Shown: positions 25,700-35,216 of the stretch, piece after piece
Layout of the letters: each line of letters opens with the position of its first letter
How positions within the stretch are numbered: the stretch's first letter is position 1
DNA from: Vicinamibacterales bacterium
Lineage (GTDB): Bacteria; Acidobacteriota; Vicinamibacteria; Vicinamibacterales; CAVVIG01
DNA length: 64,000 nt
Direction: 5' to 3'
Assembly: GCA_035650895.1 (NCBI GenBank)
Contig: DASRGT010000022.1
Span: forward strand, 5,571-69,570
Notes under the pieces: model-generated
Database searches by the model: none
The model's input: only the letters and a program-made list of their open reading frames with translations
Told to the model about the DNA's origin: nothing
Translations under genes and position numbers: made by a program

Positions 25700-28011
25700 G
25701 CGAACGGACATTCGAAGTCGTCGGCACCCGGCCCGTCCGCCACGACGGCGTCGACAAGGTCACCGGCCGCGCCGCGTACGGCGCCGATGCGAACTGGCCC
25801 GGCATGCTGCACGGCGCCCTCCTCCGCAGCCCGCACGCGCACGCGCGCATCGTCTCGATCGACACGCGCGCCGCCGCCGCCGCGCCCGGCGTCAAGGCCG
25901 TGCTGATCGGCGCCGATCTTCCCGACACGCACGCCACGATCTCGCTCGGCGAAGCGGCGATGGACGTGCGCGACATGAGCCACAACCTGATGGCGCGCGA
26001 CAAGGTCGTGTACCACGGCCAGCCGGTGGCGGCCGTCGCCGCGACGACGCTCGACGCCGCGCGGGAGGCGCTCGGCCGGATCGTCGTGCAGTACGAGGTG
26101 CTGACCCCGGTGCTGACGGTCGACGAGGCGCTCGCACCGGGCGCGCCGCTGCTGCACGACGACCTGGTGACGAAAGGCGCCGCGGTGGGGCCGAAGACCG
26201 GGACGAACCTCGCCGGACGGTACGAGTTCAAGCGGGGAGACGTCGCCGCCGGCTTCCAGGAGGCGGACACGATCGTCGAGCGCGAGTTCCGCACGGCCAC
26301 GGTGCACCAGGGCTACATCGAGCCGCACGCCTGCATCGCGCGGTGCGGTGAGGACGGACGCGCCGTCGTCTGGTGCTCGACGCAGGGGCCCTTCGTCGTC
26401 CGCGACGCGACCGCGGCGATTGCCGGGCTCGATGCGGCGCACGTCAAAGTGATCCCGAGCGAAATCGGGGGCGGCTTCGGCGGAAAGATCGTCGTGTACC
26501 TCGAGCCGATCGCCGTCGCGCTCTCGCGGAAGGCGCAGCGGCCGGTGAAGATGGTCATGAGCCGCGACGAGGTGTTCCGCGCGACCGGGCCGACGTCGGG
26601 CACGAAGGTGCACGTCAGGATCGGCGCCAGGCGCGACGGGACGATCGTCGCCGCGCGCGTGTCGCTGTGGTACGAAGCGGGGGCGTTTCGCGGGTCGCCG
26701 GTCGGCGCCGGCGCGATGTGCGCGCTCGCGCCCTACACGATCCCGAATTTCTTCATCGACGCGCACGACGTGGTCGTCAACAAGCCGAAGGTGGCCGCCT
26801 ACCGCGCGCCCGGATCGCCGATGGCGATGTTCGCCGTCGAATCGGTCATCGACGAGATCGCGCGCGAGCTGAAGATGGATCCCATCGACCTGCGCCTGAA
26901 GAACGCGGCGGCCGAAGGGGACCAGGCGGCGTACGGACCGAAGTTCGGGCCCATCGGGCTGCGCGCCGTCCTCGACGCGGCGAAGCGGCATCCACACTGG
27001 AGCGCGCCCGTCGGGCCGAACCAGGGCCGCGGCTTCGCGCTCGGCTTCTGGTTCAACGGCGGCATGAACTCGGCCGCGACGATCACGCTGGGCGCCGACG
27101 GCAGCGCCGCCGTCTTCACCGGCAATCCGGACATCGGCGGAACGCGGGCGGCGCAGGCGATGATGGTGGCCGAAGAGCTCGGCGTCGACGTCGACCGCGT
27201 GCGGCCCACCGTCGCCGACACCGACACCGCCGGATACACCGACGTCACCGGCGGCAGCCGTGTCTGCTTCGCGACCGGAATGGCCGTCATCCAGGCGGCG
27301 CAGGAAGTCCGCGAGGAGCTGAAGCGGCGCGCCGCGAAGATGTGGAACGTGGCGCCCGAGCAGGTGACGTGGGAGCGCGGCCGCGTGCTGCCGCCGGCCG
27401 GCGCCAAGGACGCCAAGAGCGGCGCCGACGCGCAGCCGCTGACCGTCGCGCAGATCGCCGCCCGGATGACGCACACCGGCGGACCCATCGTCGGCCGCGC
27501 GGCGCTGTACGCGCCCATGGCCGGTCCCGGCTTCGGCGCGCACATCTGCGACCTCGAGGTCGACCCCGAGACCGGCCGCAGCCGCGTCGTCCGCTACACG
27601 GCGCTGCAGGACGTCGGCAAGGCGGTGCATCCGAGCTACGTCGAGGGACAGATCCAGGGCGGCGCCGCGCAGGGCATCGGCTGGGCGCTCAACGAGGAGT
27701 ACGTCTACAACCGCGACGGCGTGATGGAGAACGCGGGGTTCCTCGATTACCGGATGCCGGTCGCGTCGGATCTCCCGTTCATCGACACGGTGATCGTCGA
27801 GGTGCCGAACCCGCTGCATCCCTACGGCGTTCGCGGCGTCGGGGAAGTGCCGATCGTTCCGCCGCTGGGCGCCGTGGCCAACGCGATGCGCTCGGCGACC
27901 GGAATCCGCTTCACGGAACTCCCGCTGTCGCCGCCGCGCGTCCTCGAGCAGATCGCCGGCGTCGACGCGCGCCGCGAAGGCCGTCCCGGGACCGTCGCCG
28001 TTGGAGCGTGA
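25696..28011 (+). CDS. Xanthine dehydrogenase family, molybdopterin-binding (large) subunit, substrate unknown
   Basis: ATGA overlap. 'GVDKVTGRAAYGAD', 'VHQGYIEPHA', 'GGGFGGK', 'AAYRAPGSP', 'GIGWALNEE' and 'GVGEVPIVP'. Confidence 0.9.
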   Translation: MSERTFEVVGTRPVRHDGVDKVTGRAAYGADANWPGMLHGALLRSPHAHARIVSIDTRAAAAAPGVKAVLIGADLPDTHATISLGEAAMDVRDMSHNLMARDKVVYHGQPVAAVAATTLDAAREALGRIVVQYEVLTPVLTVDEALAPGAPLLHDDLVTKGAAVGPKTGTNLAGRYEFKRGDVAAGFQEADTIVEREFRTATVHQGYIEPHACIARCGEDGRAVVWCSTQGPFVVRDATAAIAGLDAAHVKVIPSEIGGGFGGKIVVYLEPIAVALSRKAQRPVKMVMSRDEVFRATGPTSGTKVHVRIGARRDGTIVAARVSLWYEAGAFRGSPVGAGAMCALAPYTIPNFFIDAHDVVVNKPKVAAYRAPGSPMAMFAVESVIDEIARELKMDPIDLRLKNAAAEGDQAAYGPKFGPIGLRAVLDAAKRHPHWSAPVGPNQGRGFALGFWFNGGMNSAATITLGADGSAAVFTGNPDIGGTRAAQAMMVAEELGVDVDRVRPTVADTDTAGYTDVTGGSRVCFATGMAVIQAAQEVREELKRRAAKMWNVAPEQVTWERGRVLPPAGAKDAKSGADAQPLTVAQIAARMTHTGGPIVGRAALYAPMAGPGFGAHICDLEVDPETGRSRVVRYTALQDVGKAVHPSYVEGQIQGGAAQGIGWALNEEYVYNRDGVMENAGFLDYRMPVASDLPFIDTVIVEVPNPLHPYGVRGVGEVPIVPPLGAVANAMRSATGIRFTELPLSPPRVLEQIAGVDARREGRPGTVAVGA

Positions 28012-28012
28012 C

Positions 28013-28255
28013 GTGGCAACCGTGTATCTGCCGAGCGGCTTCGCGCAGTTCACGGGCGGCGTCGAATCGGTGGCGATCGAGGCGCCGCGCGTCGCCGAAC
28101 TGCTCGCCGCGCTGCGAACGCGCTTTCCGGCGCTCGCCGATCAGCTCGACGAGATGGCGGTCGCAATCGACGGGACGATCTATGCCGAGCCCGGCTACCA
28201 GCCGTTGCGCGCCGACAGCGACGTGCACCTCGTGCCGCGGATCGCCGGAGGGTAG
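28013..28255 (+). CDS. MoaD/ThiS-family ubiquitin-like sulfur-carrier protein (C-terminal Gly-Gly)
   Basis: GTG 1 nt after the upstream stop (the track's TTG at 28001 is an alternative start). About 80 aa, ending '..HLVPRIAGG*'. Confidence 0.7.
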   Translation: MATVYLPSGFAQFTGGVESVAIEAPRVAELLAALRTRFPALADQLDEMAVAIDGTIYAEPGYQPLRADSDVHLVPRIAGG

Positions 28256-28266
28256 AGCGCGCGAGC

Positions 28267-29064
28267 ATGCCGTACACCACCGAACTCGAATCGCGCCTCG
28301 CGAAGAAAACGACGAAGGCCATCGTCGACTTCGCGATGATCGAAGACGGCGACCGCGTCATGATCGGGCTGTCCGGCGGCAAGGACAGCTGGGCGCTGCT
28401 GCAGATCCTCGACGTGCTTCGCCAGCGCGCGCCGATCGCGTTCTCGCTCGTCGCGGTCAACGTCGACTCCGGCTACAAGGAATACAAGCACGACCTCATC
28501 GCGAAGACCTGCGAGGCGCGGGGCTGGGAATATCGCATCGAGCACACCGGCATCGGCGAGGCGATCGACGAGATCCTCGACGAGGGGGCGACGCCCTGCT
28601 CCCTGTGCGCGCGGCTGCGGCGCGGCGTCCTCTACCGCATCGCCCGAGAGGTCGGCGCCACGAAGATCGCCCTCGGCCACCATGCCGACGACTTCATCGA
28701 AACGCTGCTCCTCAACCTGTTCTTCGCCGGCTCGCTGAAGGCGATGCCCGCCAAGCTCGTGTCCGACGATGGGGAGCACGTCGTCATACGGCCGCTGGTG
28801 TACGTGGGGGAGGACGAGGCGCGCGCGTACACGAAGGAACGCGAGCTGCCGATCATCGGCTGCTGCTGTCCCGCGTGCGGCGACCTGAGCCTCCAGCGGC
28901 AGCGTACCAAGCGGCTGCTGATGGAGCTCGAGCGCGAGCACCCGGGCGTGAAGAACTCGATGCTGAAGGCGCTCGGCAACGTCGCGCCGCGCCATCTGCT
29001 CGACACGCGGCTGAATCCGCCGGCCGAGCTGCGGCGGAGCCCGCAACTGGCCGGCCGGCGCTGA
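28267..29064 (+). CDS. ttcA: tRNA 2-thiocytidine(32) synthetase TtcA (PP-loop ATPase)
   Basis: 'GLSGGKDS' PP-loop, 'CSLCARLRRG' and 'CCCPACG' Cys motifs, and 'LGHHADD'. Confidence 0.85.
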   Translation: MPYTTELESRLAKKTTKAIVDFAMIEDGDRVMIGLSGGKDSWALLQILDVLRQRAPIAFSLVAVNVDSGYKEYKHDLIAKTCEARGWEYRIEHTGIGEAIDEILDEGATPCSLCARLRRGVLYRIAREVGATKIALGHHADDFIETLLLNLFFAGSLKAMPAKLVSDDGEHVVIRPLVYVGEDEARAYTKERELPIIGCCCPACGDLSLQRQRTKRLLMELEREHPGVKNSMLKALGNVAPRHLLDTRLNPPAELRRSPQLAGRR

Positions 29065-29111
29065 CGCGTCGAGCTCTGTCGACCGTGGCCCGTTGACCGT
29101 CCGCTTCGCCC

Positions 29112-29567
29112 ATGCTCGCCGTGATCCAACGCGTGACATCCGCCTCCGTGACCGCCGGCGCCTACACCTCGGCGATCGGTCCCGGCCTTCTGGTGCTCGT
29201 CGGCGTCGAACGTGGAGATGCGCCCGCTGACGTGGAGTTCATCGCACGCAAGGTGCGCGAGCTGCGGCTCTTCGCCGACCCGGCGGCGCCCCGGAAGGAG
29301 TTCGACCGATCGGCTGCCGACCTCGCGAGAGACGTGATGGTCGTGTCGCAGTTCACGCTGGCGGCCGACTGCCGCAAGGGGCGCAGGCCCTCGTTCGACG
29401 CAGCCGCGCCGCCGGCCGAAGCGCAGCCGCTGTACGAGTCGCTGGTGCGGGCGCTGGAAGCCGCGGGCGTCCGCGTCGCCACCGGCGTGTTCCAGGCCCA
29501 CATGCAAGTCGCGCTCGTCAACGACGGACCGGTCACGATCCTTCTCGACAGCAGGAGATCCGCTTGA
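29112..29567 (+). CDS. dtd: D-aminoacyl-tRNA deacylase
   Basis: 'MLAVIQRV', 'VSQFTL' and 'NDGPVTILLDS'. Confidence 0.9.
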   Translation: MLAVIQRVTSASVTAGAYTSAIGPGLLVLVGVERGDAPADVEFIARKVRELRLFADPAAPRKEFDRSAADLARDVMVVSQFTLAADCRKGRRPSFDAAAPPAEAQPLYESLVRALEAAGVRVATGVFQAHMQVALVNDGPVTILLDSRRSA

Positions 29568-30406
29568 ACCGTATTCTCGCCGCGATCGTGCTCACCCTCC
29601 TCGCCGTGCCGGCGTTCGCGCAGCAGCGTCCGCTCGTCACCGAAGATCCGGAGACCATCGGCGCGGGTCGCGTGCTGATCGAAGGCGGCGTCGACGCCGC
29701 CAAGGACGTCACCTACACCGTGTCGGGCCTGAAGGGCAATCTGTGGCGGGTGCCGACGATCGGCATCAGCGTGGGCGTCAGCTCGATCGCCGAGGTGCAG
29801 ATCGACGGCGGGCTGCACGATTCCCTCTCGATCTCGAGCCGCGATCCGCACGCGCCGCTGGCCGGCATGGTGACGGCGACCGGCGACACCACGCACGACA
29901 TCGAGGACACGTTGGTCGGCATGAAGATCCGCCTGGCGCCGGAGACGCCGACGCGCCCGGCGCTCGGCATCCGCTTCGCGACGAAGCTGCCGAACGCTTC
30001 GAACGAGAGCGGCCTCGGCACCGACTCGATGGACTTCTACGGCTCGCTCCTGGGCGCCAAAACCGTCCAGTCGGTCCGCGTCGTCGGCAACCTCGGCGTG
30101 GGGATCATGTCCGATCCGACCGACGGCAACCGCCAGAACGACGTCGTGACCTACGGCTTGTCGTTCGCGCGCGCGATGACGCAGGCCACGGAAGTGGTGG
30201 GAGAGGTGAACGGCCGCGTGTCGGTCCGGAGCGGCGATCCGTTTCCGGGAACCGAGACGCGCGGGACACTGAAGCTCGGCGGCCGGTATACGCGCGGGCC
30301 GCTCCGCCTCGACGCCGGCGTCTTCTTCGGCCTGACGACCATCGACCCGACCATCGGGATCACCGCCGGATTCACCTACGTCTTCAACGCGTTCACGCTG
30401 CCGTAG
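29564..30406 (+). CDS. Outer-membrane beta-barrel protein (unassigned family)
   Basis: The TTG start overlaps the dtd stop (TTGA). Signal peptide 'VPAFA|QQ'. Alternating strand pattern. The C-terminus '..GFTYVFNAFTLP' ends in a Pro rather than the aromatic residue expected for an OM beta-barrel. Confidence 0.7.
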   Translation: MNRILAAIVLTLLAVPAFAQQRPLVTEDPETIGAGRVLIEGGVDAAKDVTYTVSGLKGNLWRVPTIGISVGVSSIAEVQIDGGLHDSLSISSRDPHAPLAGMVTATGDTTHDIEDTLVGMKIRLAPETPTRPALGIRFATKLPNASNESGLGTDSMDFYGSLLGAKTVQSVRVVGNLGVGIMSDPTDGNRQNDVVTYGLSFARAMTQATEVVGEVNGRVSVRSGDPFPGTETRGTLKLGGRYTRGPLRLDAGVFFGLTTIDPTIGITAGFTYVFNAFTLP

Positions 30407-32007
30407 AACGCGCGCAGGTCGGCGATCTCGCGCCGGCGGCGCTCCTCGGACCAGCCCAGTTCGTCGCCCACGATGGCGGCGGCGCGCATCACCGCGTCGT
30501 CGCCGGGATCGCCGAGCGCGCCGAGCGGCGTGCGCCTGACGACGGCGTCGGCGAGCGTCACCGCCATCTCGCTGCGGGCGGCCAGGACGAGTTGCGCGCC
30601 GATGACCGGCGAACCGGCGCCGACGCGGCTCCGCCAGTCGCGCCGTTCGTCGGCGATGGTCAGCACCTCGCGGTAGCGCGACCCGTACGCGGCGATCAGG
30701 TGAGGGATCGTGTCGGCGGGCAGGCCGGCATCGTGCTCGCGCCGCGCGTCGCCGATGGCGAGACCGACATCGCGGATCGATCCGCCCGGCAGCGGCACGA
30801 GTGCCGTCCGGCAGGGGACCGGCGCGCGTTTCAGCTTCGCGAGCGCGCGGTCGGTGACGCGTTCGGCCACGGCTCGCGCCGTGGTGTACTTCGTGCCGAT
30901 CGCGCTGAGGAGGCCTTCGACGCCGCGCTCGGCATGGTCGAAGACCAGGTCGCGGCCTTCGAGCGAGACGCGTCCGTCGCGCACCACCGCGGGGACCACG
31001 CCGCGGTGGACGAGCGTGACGTCCTTCAGCGTCAGGTCGAGCGCCGGGTACGCCTGGTTCAGCTCGGCGATGAAGGCGACGACGTCCGCTTCGTGCACGT
31101 CGCCGTCAGCGGGGTCGATCGTCCGCGGCGACTCCCACGTGCCGAACATCGCGCGCTCGCGCCAGGGGACCAGAAAGAGATTGCGTCCCGACGGCGACCG
31201 GCCCCCGAGCGCCACGTCGCCGGCGTCGCGCGAGGTGATCAGGTTCATCGCCTTCAGCATCGGGATGCCCGACGGAATCCGCAGCGGCGCCAGCAGGCGG
31301 TCGACCTGCGAGCCGGTGGCGTTGACCGTCAGCTCCGCGGCGATGTCGAAGGTGCGATCCGCGACGCGGTCGCGCGCGCGGACGCCGACGACCCGACCGC
31401 CGTCCACACGCGGTTCGAGCGCGTCCACGTAGTTCGCGGCGACGGCGCCGTGCTCGACGGCGGCGAGGCAGAACGACAGCGTCAGCCGGTCGGGTTCGAG
31501 CGTGACGTAGTCGTAAAACACCGCGGCGCCCCTCAGCCCGTGTCGCTTCAGGCCGGGGAACTCCTGGACGGCGGTCGCGCGGGACACGACGCGCCCGGCC
31601 GGCAGCCGGTGGGTCGCCGGGAGAGCGCGGTTGCGGTCGAACGCGATCGCCCGGTCGAGGAGAAACCCGGCCCGCATCGCGAGCTTGCCGCGCGTCAGCG
31701 ATCGGTACAGCGGCACGGCAAAGGCGAGCGGCTCGACGGTGTGCGGCGCGATGCGCGCGATGGTCCTGCGCTCGCGCACCGACTCGCGCGCCCGGCCGAC
31801 GTCGAGGTGCTGCAGGTACCGCAGGCCGCCGTGGATCGTCCGGTGGTGGTTGAACGAGGAGCCGCTGCCGAAATCGCCGCGCTCGATCAGCGCGACCGCG
31901 AGCCCCCGCTGCGCGGCGTCGTACGCGATCGCCAGGCCGTAGATCCCGCCGCCCACGACGAGCAGGTCGTATGTCCGGGCGGACAGCCGTTCGACGTCGC
32001 GTGTCAC
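30376..32007 (-). CDS. glpD: FAD-dependent glycerol-3-phosphate dehydrogenase
   Basis: 'YDLLVVGGGIYGLAIAYDAAQRGL', 'SSFNHHRTIHGGLRYL' and a C-terminal GlpD-type helical domain. Confidence 0.8.
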   Translation of the reverse strand: MTRDVERLSARTYDLLVVGGGIYGLAIAYDAAQRGLAVALIERGDFGSGSSFNHHRTIHGGLRYLQHLDVGRARESVRERRTIARIAPHTVEPLAFAVPLYRSLTRGKLAMRAGFLLDRAIAFDRNRALPATHRLPAGRVVSRATAVQEFPGLKRHGLRGAAVFYDYVTLEPDRLTLSFCLAAVEHGAVAANYVDALEPRVDGGRVVGVRARDRVADRTFDIAAELTVNATGSQVDRLLAPLRIPSGIPMLKAMNLITSRDAGDVALGGRSPSGRNLFLVPWRERAMFGTWESPRTIDPADGDVHEADVVAFIAELNQAYPALDLTLKDVTLVHRGVVPAVVRDGRVSLEGRDLVFDHAERGVEGLLSAIGTKYTTARAVAERVTDRALAKLKRAPVPCRTALVPLPGGSIRDVGLAIGDARREHDAGLPADTIPHLIAAYGSRYREVLTIADERRDWRSRVGAGSPVIGAQLVLAARSEMAVTLADAVVRRTPLGALGDPGDDAVMRAAAIVGDELGWSEERRRREIADLRAFYGSVNALKT

Positions 32008-32109
32008 GAGTACATCCTAATCGCTGTCGCTCATCGGTTTCCGATCGGCGGTCGCCGGTTCGGGCCGCGGATGACCGCCGGCCGATGACCGCTGCTATAG
32101 TGCTGTTCC

Positions 32110-32868
32110 GTGGCGACGACGGCGGAGATCCGCGAGTACTGGGAGCGGCACATTCACGACCTCGAGATCACCAGGCATCCGGTCGGGTCGCGCGGCTTCT
32201 TCGACGACCTCGATCAGTATCACTTCGAGAAGCTGCACCACCTGCTGGCGCTCGTGCCATTTGACGGCGCGCGCGGCCGAACGGTTCTCGAGGTCGGCTG
32301 CGGCGCGGGCGTCGACCTCGCGCGGTTCGCCCGGGGCGGCGCGAGCGTCACCGGCGTGGACCTGGCCCCCTCGGCGATCGCGCTCGCGCGAACGAACTTC
32401 GAGCAGCAGGGCCTGCGCGGAGCGTTCGAGGTGGCCGACGGCGAACAGCTGCCGTTCGCCGACGACACGTTCGACCTCGTGTTCGCCCACGGCGTCGTCC
32501 AGTACACGGCCCACCCGCAGCGGCTCGTCGACGAGTGCCGCCGGGTGCTGAAGCCGTCCGGGCAGGCGATTTTTCAGGTGTACAACCGGCTGTCGTGGCT
32601 GAACGCGCTGTCGAAGCTGATGAAGGTGAATCTCGAGCACGAGGACGCGCCCGTGCTGCTCAAGTTCAGCATCGGCGAGTTCACGCGGCTGCTCGCCGGC
32701 TTCCGTGCCGTGCGCATCGTGCCCGAGCGGTTTCCCGTACGGTCGCGTCTGCACGGCGGCTGGAAGGGCGCCGTCTACAACGGGTTGTTCGTCGGCACCT
32801 TCAACGCGCTGCCGCGCGCGTGGGTGCGCCGCTTCGGCTGGCACCTGCTGGCGTTCTGCACGAAATGA
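32110..32868 (+). CDS. Class I SAM-dependent methyltransferase
   Basis: GTG start. 'VLEVGCGAGVDL' motif I and 'FDLVFAHGVVQY'. Confidence 0.8.
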   Translation: MATTAEIREYWERHIHDLEITRHPVGSRGFFDDLDQYHFEKLHHLLALVPFDGARGRTVLEVGCGAGVDLARFARGGASVTGVDLAPSAIALARTNFEQQGLRGAFEVADGEQLPFADDTFDLVFAHGVVQYTAHPQRLVDECRRVLKPSGQAIFQVYNRLSWLNALSKLMKVNLEHEDAPVLLKFSIGEFTRLLAGFRAVRIVPERFPVRSRLHGGWKGAVYNGLFVGTFNALPRAWVRRFGWHLLAFCTK

Positions 32869-33665
32869 AATTTACGAAAGCGCACGCCTACGGAAACGAC
32901 TTTCTGTACGTCCTGGCCGCCGACGCCGGCACCGGACCGTTCGACCGGCTGGCGCGGGAACTGTGCGATCGTCACACGGGCGTGGGCGCCGACGGGTTGA
33001 TCCTCTACACGCCGTCGCCGCGCGGCGCCGAGATGCGGCTGCTGAACGCCGACGGCAGCCCGTCGGAGGTGTCGGGCAACGGCGTCCGCGGCCTCGCCGC
33101 CATCCTCCTGCGCGACCAGGCCGCGACCGACGCCACCGTGGTCGTCGCCACCGTGGCCGGCGACAAGTCTCTGGCGCGGACGGCGCGGGAGGGGTCGCGT
33201 CAGACGTTCCGCGCCGCGATGGGGTTGCCGCGCGAGATCCGCGAGCTCCAGCTCGTCGCGGGGGGCGAGGCGCTGACCGTCGTGTCGCTGAACATCGGCA
33301 ACCCGCAATGCCTGGTCCTCGGCGACATTCCCGGCGACGAGCGGTTCAATCGGCTCGGCGCCGCCTTAGAGCGCCATCCCGCGTTTCCCGACGGGACGAA
33401 CGTCGAGTTCGTCCGTGTCGACGCACCGGATCGCGTGACGATCCGCATCTGGGAGCGCGGCGTCGGTCCGACCTCCTCGTCCGGCACCGGGTCCTGCGCG
33501 TCGCTCGTGGCGGCCGCCCGCTTCGGCGGCGCTTCGCGCCACGCGACCATCGTCGCGCCCGGCGGCGCGCAGCGCGTCGAGTGGCGCGAGGACAACGTGT
33601 ATCTCACCGGGTGGGCAGAAATTCTCTTCGACGGCGTCTGGCTGCGGTCGGATTCTTCCCGGTAA
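32865..33665 (+). CDS. dapF: Diaminopimelate epimerase
   Basis: ATGA overlap. 'HAYGNDFL', 'SGNGVRG', 'GNPQCLV' and 'GTGSCASL'. Confidence 0.9.
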   Translation: MKFTKAHAYGNDFLYVLAADAGTGPFDRLARELCDRHTGVGADGLILYTPSPRGAEMRLLNADGSPSEVSGNGVRGLAAILLRDQAATDATVVVATVAGDKSLARTAREGSRQTFRAAMGLPREIRELQLVAGGEALTVVSLNIGNPQCLVLGDIPGDERFNRLGAALERHPAFPDGTNVEFVRVDAPDRVTIRIWERGVGPTSSSGTGSCASLVAAARFGGASRHATIVAPGGAQRVEWREDNVYLTGWAEILFDGVWLRSDSSR

Positions 33666-34250
33666 CTAGCGGCGTCGGTGCGCGCCGGCCGCGGCGGCGG
33701 CCTCGAGATCGCGCGCGGTGGCCAGCAAACGCGTGGTGGTGCCGGCGATGGTGTCGCCGACGTCGGCGTACTGGCCCGCCTGGAACGCCGCGCGCGCTTT
33801 TTGCAGGGTCTCGTCGCCATCCGCGATCAGGCGGCGCGCGTCGGCGAGCGTGCGTGGAGCGACACGCGCGGCCTCGGCCGCTTTCAGCCGGGTGCGCGCT
33901 TCGACGAGCGCCTGCGTGGCGTCGCGGAGCGTGCGATCGGCGTCGGCGCGCGCGGCCGCTTTGCCGTCGCCGGCCTGCTTCGCGGCGAGCTGGGCATGTT
34001 CGCGCGCATCGAGCGCGTGGTTCAGCGCGAGGCGGTAGTCGCGATCGGCCACCGCGTCGGTGGCGTCCTTCAGCGCTTTTTCGGCGGCCGTCAGTTCGTC
34101 GTGCGCGTACTGATCGGCGCCGGCGGCCTTGGCGGCGTCGATCGCGCCTTGCGCCTGCTGCATTTCCTTGTCGGGAGGATCGCCGCAGCCGGCGGTGGCT
34201 ACGACGAGCGTCAACAGGATGCTCGGAAGCCAGCGGCGCGCGGACGACAT
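33666..34250 (-). CDS. DUF4398-like helical lipoprotein
   Basis: Lipobox 'VATAGC|GD'. Ala/Asp-rich helical repeats 'A..YA..EL..A...L..A'. Confidence 0.65.
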   Translation of the reverse strand: MSSARRWLPSILLTLVVATAGCGDPPDKEMQQAQGAIDAAKAAGADQYAHDELTAAEKALKDATDAVADRDYRLALNHALDAREHAQLAAKQAGDGKAAARADADRTLRDATQALVEARTRLKAAEAARVAPRTLADARRLIADGDETLQKARAAFQAGQYADVGDTIAGTTTRLLATARDLEAAAAAGAHRRR

Positions 34251-34547
34251 GAGGAGAGGATAACAGTTTTCGGTTGTCGGTTATCGATCGTCGCAGGGCG
34301 GCGGACCGTTCCGATCGTCGGAGAGACACCATGCGGCAGTTCCGAAGGCCCGAGGTCGGCCGCGTCGCGCGCGGTGGCGGCGCAGAGCGAGACGATGTGG
34401 CGCTCGATCGGCGTCCTCGACGCAGCGGATCACGCCGCGCCGGTCGACGCCGTTCGCGCGCGAAGCGGATGCGCGCCGGCCGGCTCGGGACGATCCGTCA
34501 CCTCTCGTCGAGCCGACGGCCGACGACCGACGGCGGGACAGTGTAAG

Positions 34548-35216
34548 ATGAAGCGTTTACTGCCCGGCGATCGTCCGCGCGAGAAGCTGTTGCGCCTTGG
34601 CGCGTCGGCCCTCGGCGACAACGAGCTCGTCGCGGTGCTCGTCGGCGTCGGCACCCCACGCGCCGATGCGCTGACGATCGCAGCCGACCTGCTCGCGAGC
34701 TGCGGCGGCGTGCACGGCCTGGCGCGCGTCGATGGCGAGCGGCTGCGGTGCGAGCACCGCCTCGGCGCCGCGAGGGCGGCGCGGATCCTGGCCGCCATCG
34801 AGTTGGGCCGCCGGACGTTCGCGGCGCCGCCGGGCGTGCGGGTGCAGATTCGGGGGCCGCAGGATGCGGCGGCGTACTTGCTGCCGCGATTCGGGTCGAG
34901 CGACGTCGAGCGGTGCGGGCTGCTGCTGCTCGACGCGAAACACCGCGTGTTCCGCACGTGCGTCCTGACGGTCGGCACCGGCAACGCGTCGATCCTGGAG
35001 CCGCGCGACGTGTTTCGCGAAGCCGCCCGCAGCAGCGCGACCGCGATCGTGGTCTTCCACACGCATCCCTCAGGCGACCCGACGCCCAGCGCGGATGACG
35101 TGGCGCTGACGCGGCGGCTCAGGGCCGCCGGCGAGCTGATCGGCATCGATGTCGTCGATCACCTGGTGCTCGGAGACATGACCTACGTGAGCTTGAAGGA
35201 GTCGAGGCGTCTGTGA
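34548..35216 (+). CDS. radC: RadC-family JAMM-motif protein
   Basis: 'RPREKLL..G...L.DNELVAVL' N-terminus and the 'HTHPSGD' JAMM motif. Only the 3' part of track ORF 33678..35216 is real. Confidence 0.85.
   Translation: MKRLLPGDRPREKLLRLGASALGDNELVAVLVGVGTPRADALTIAADLLASCGGVHGLARVDGERLRCEHRLGAARAARILAAIELGRRTFAAPPGVRVQIRGPQDAAAYLLPRFGSSDVERCGLLLLDAKHRVFRTCVLTVGTGNASILEPRDVFREAARSSATAIVVFHTHPSGDPTPSADDVALTRRLRAAGELIGIDVVDHLVLGDMTYVSLKESRRL

Noticed and set aside
25633-28053. An 806-aa minus-strand ORF antisense to the molybdopterin subunit. The same applies to 59542..62352 (antisense to gcvP), 2758..5151 and 2946..5051, 617..1810, 15158..16765, 35183..36283 and others.
   Set aside because: They are low-complexity, Arg-rich translations that mirror well-supported genes on the other strand or in another frame. 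They are GC-composition artefacts.
34251-34547. A 297-nt gap between the DUF4398 lipoprotein gene and radC. It contains the inverted repeat GATAAC-N15-GTTATC (34259..34285) and a 90-aa plus-strand ORF (34274..34546).
   Set aside because: The ORF is Arg-rich nonsense. The 6-bp arms are too short to call an operator, and I recognise no RNA motif. This is probably just the divergent promoter region.
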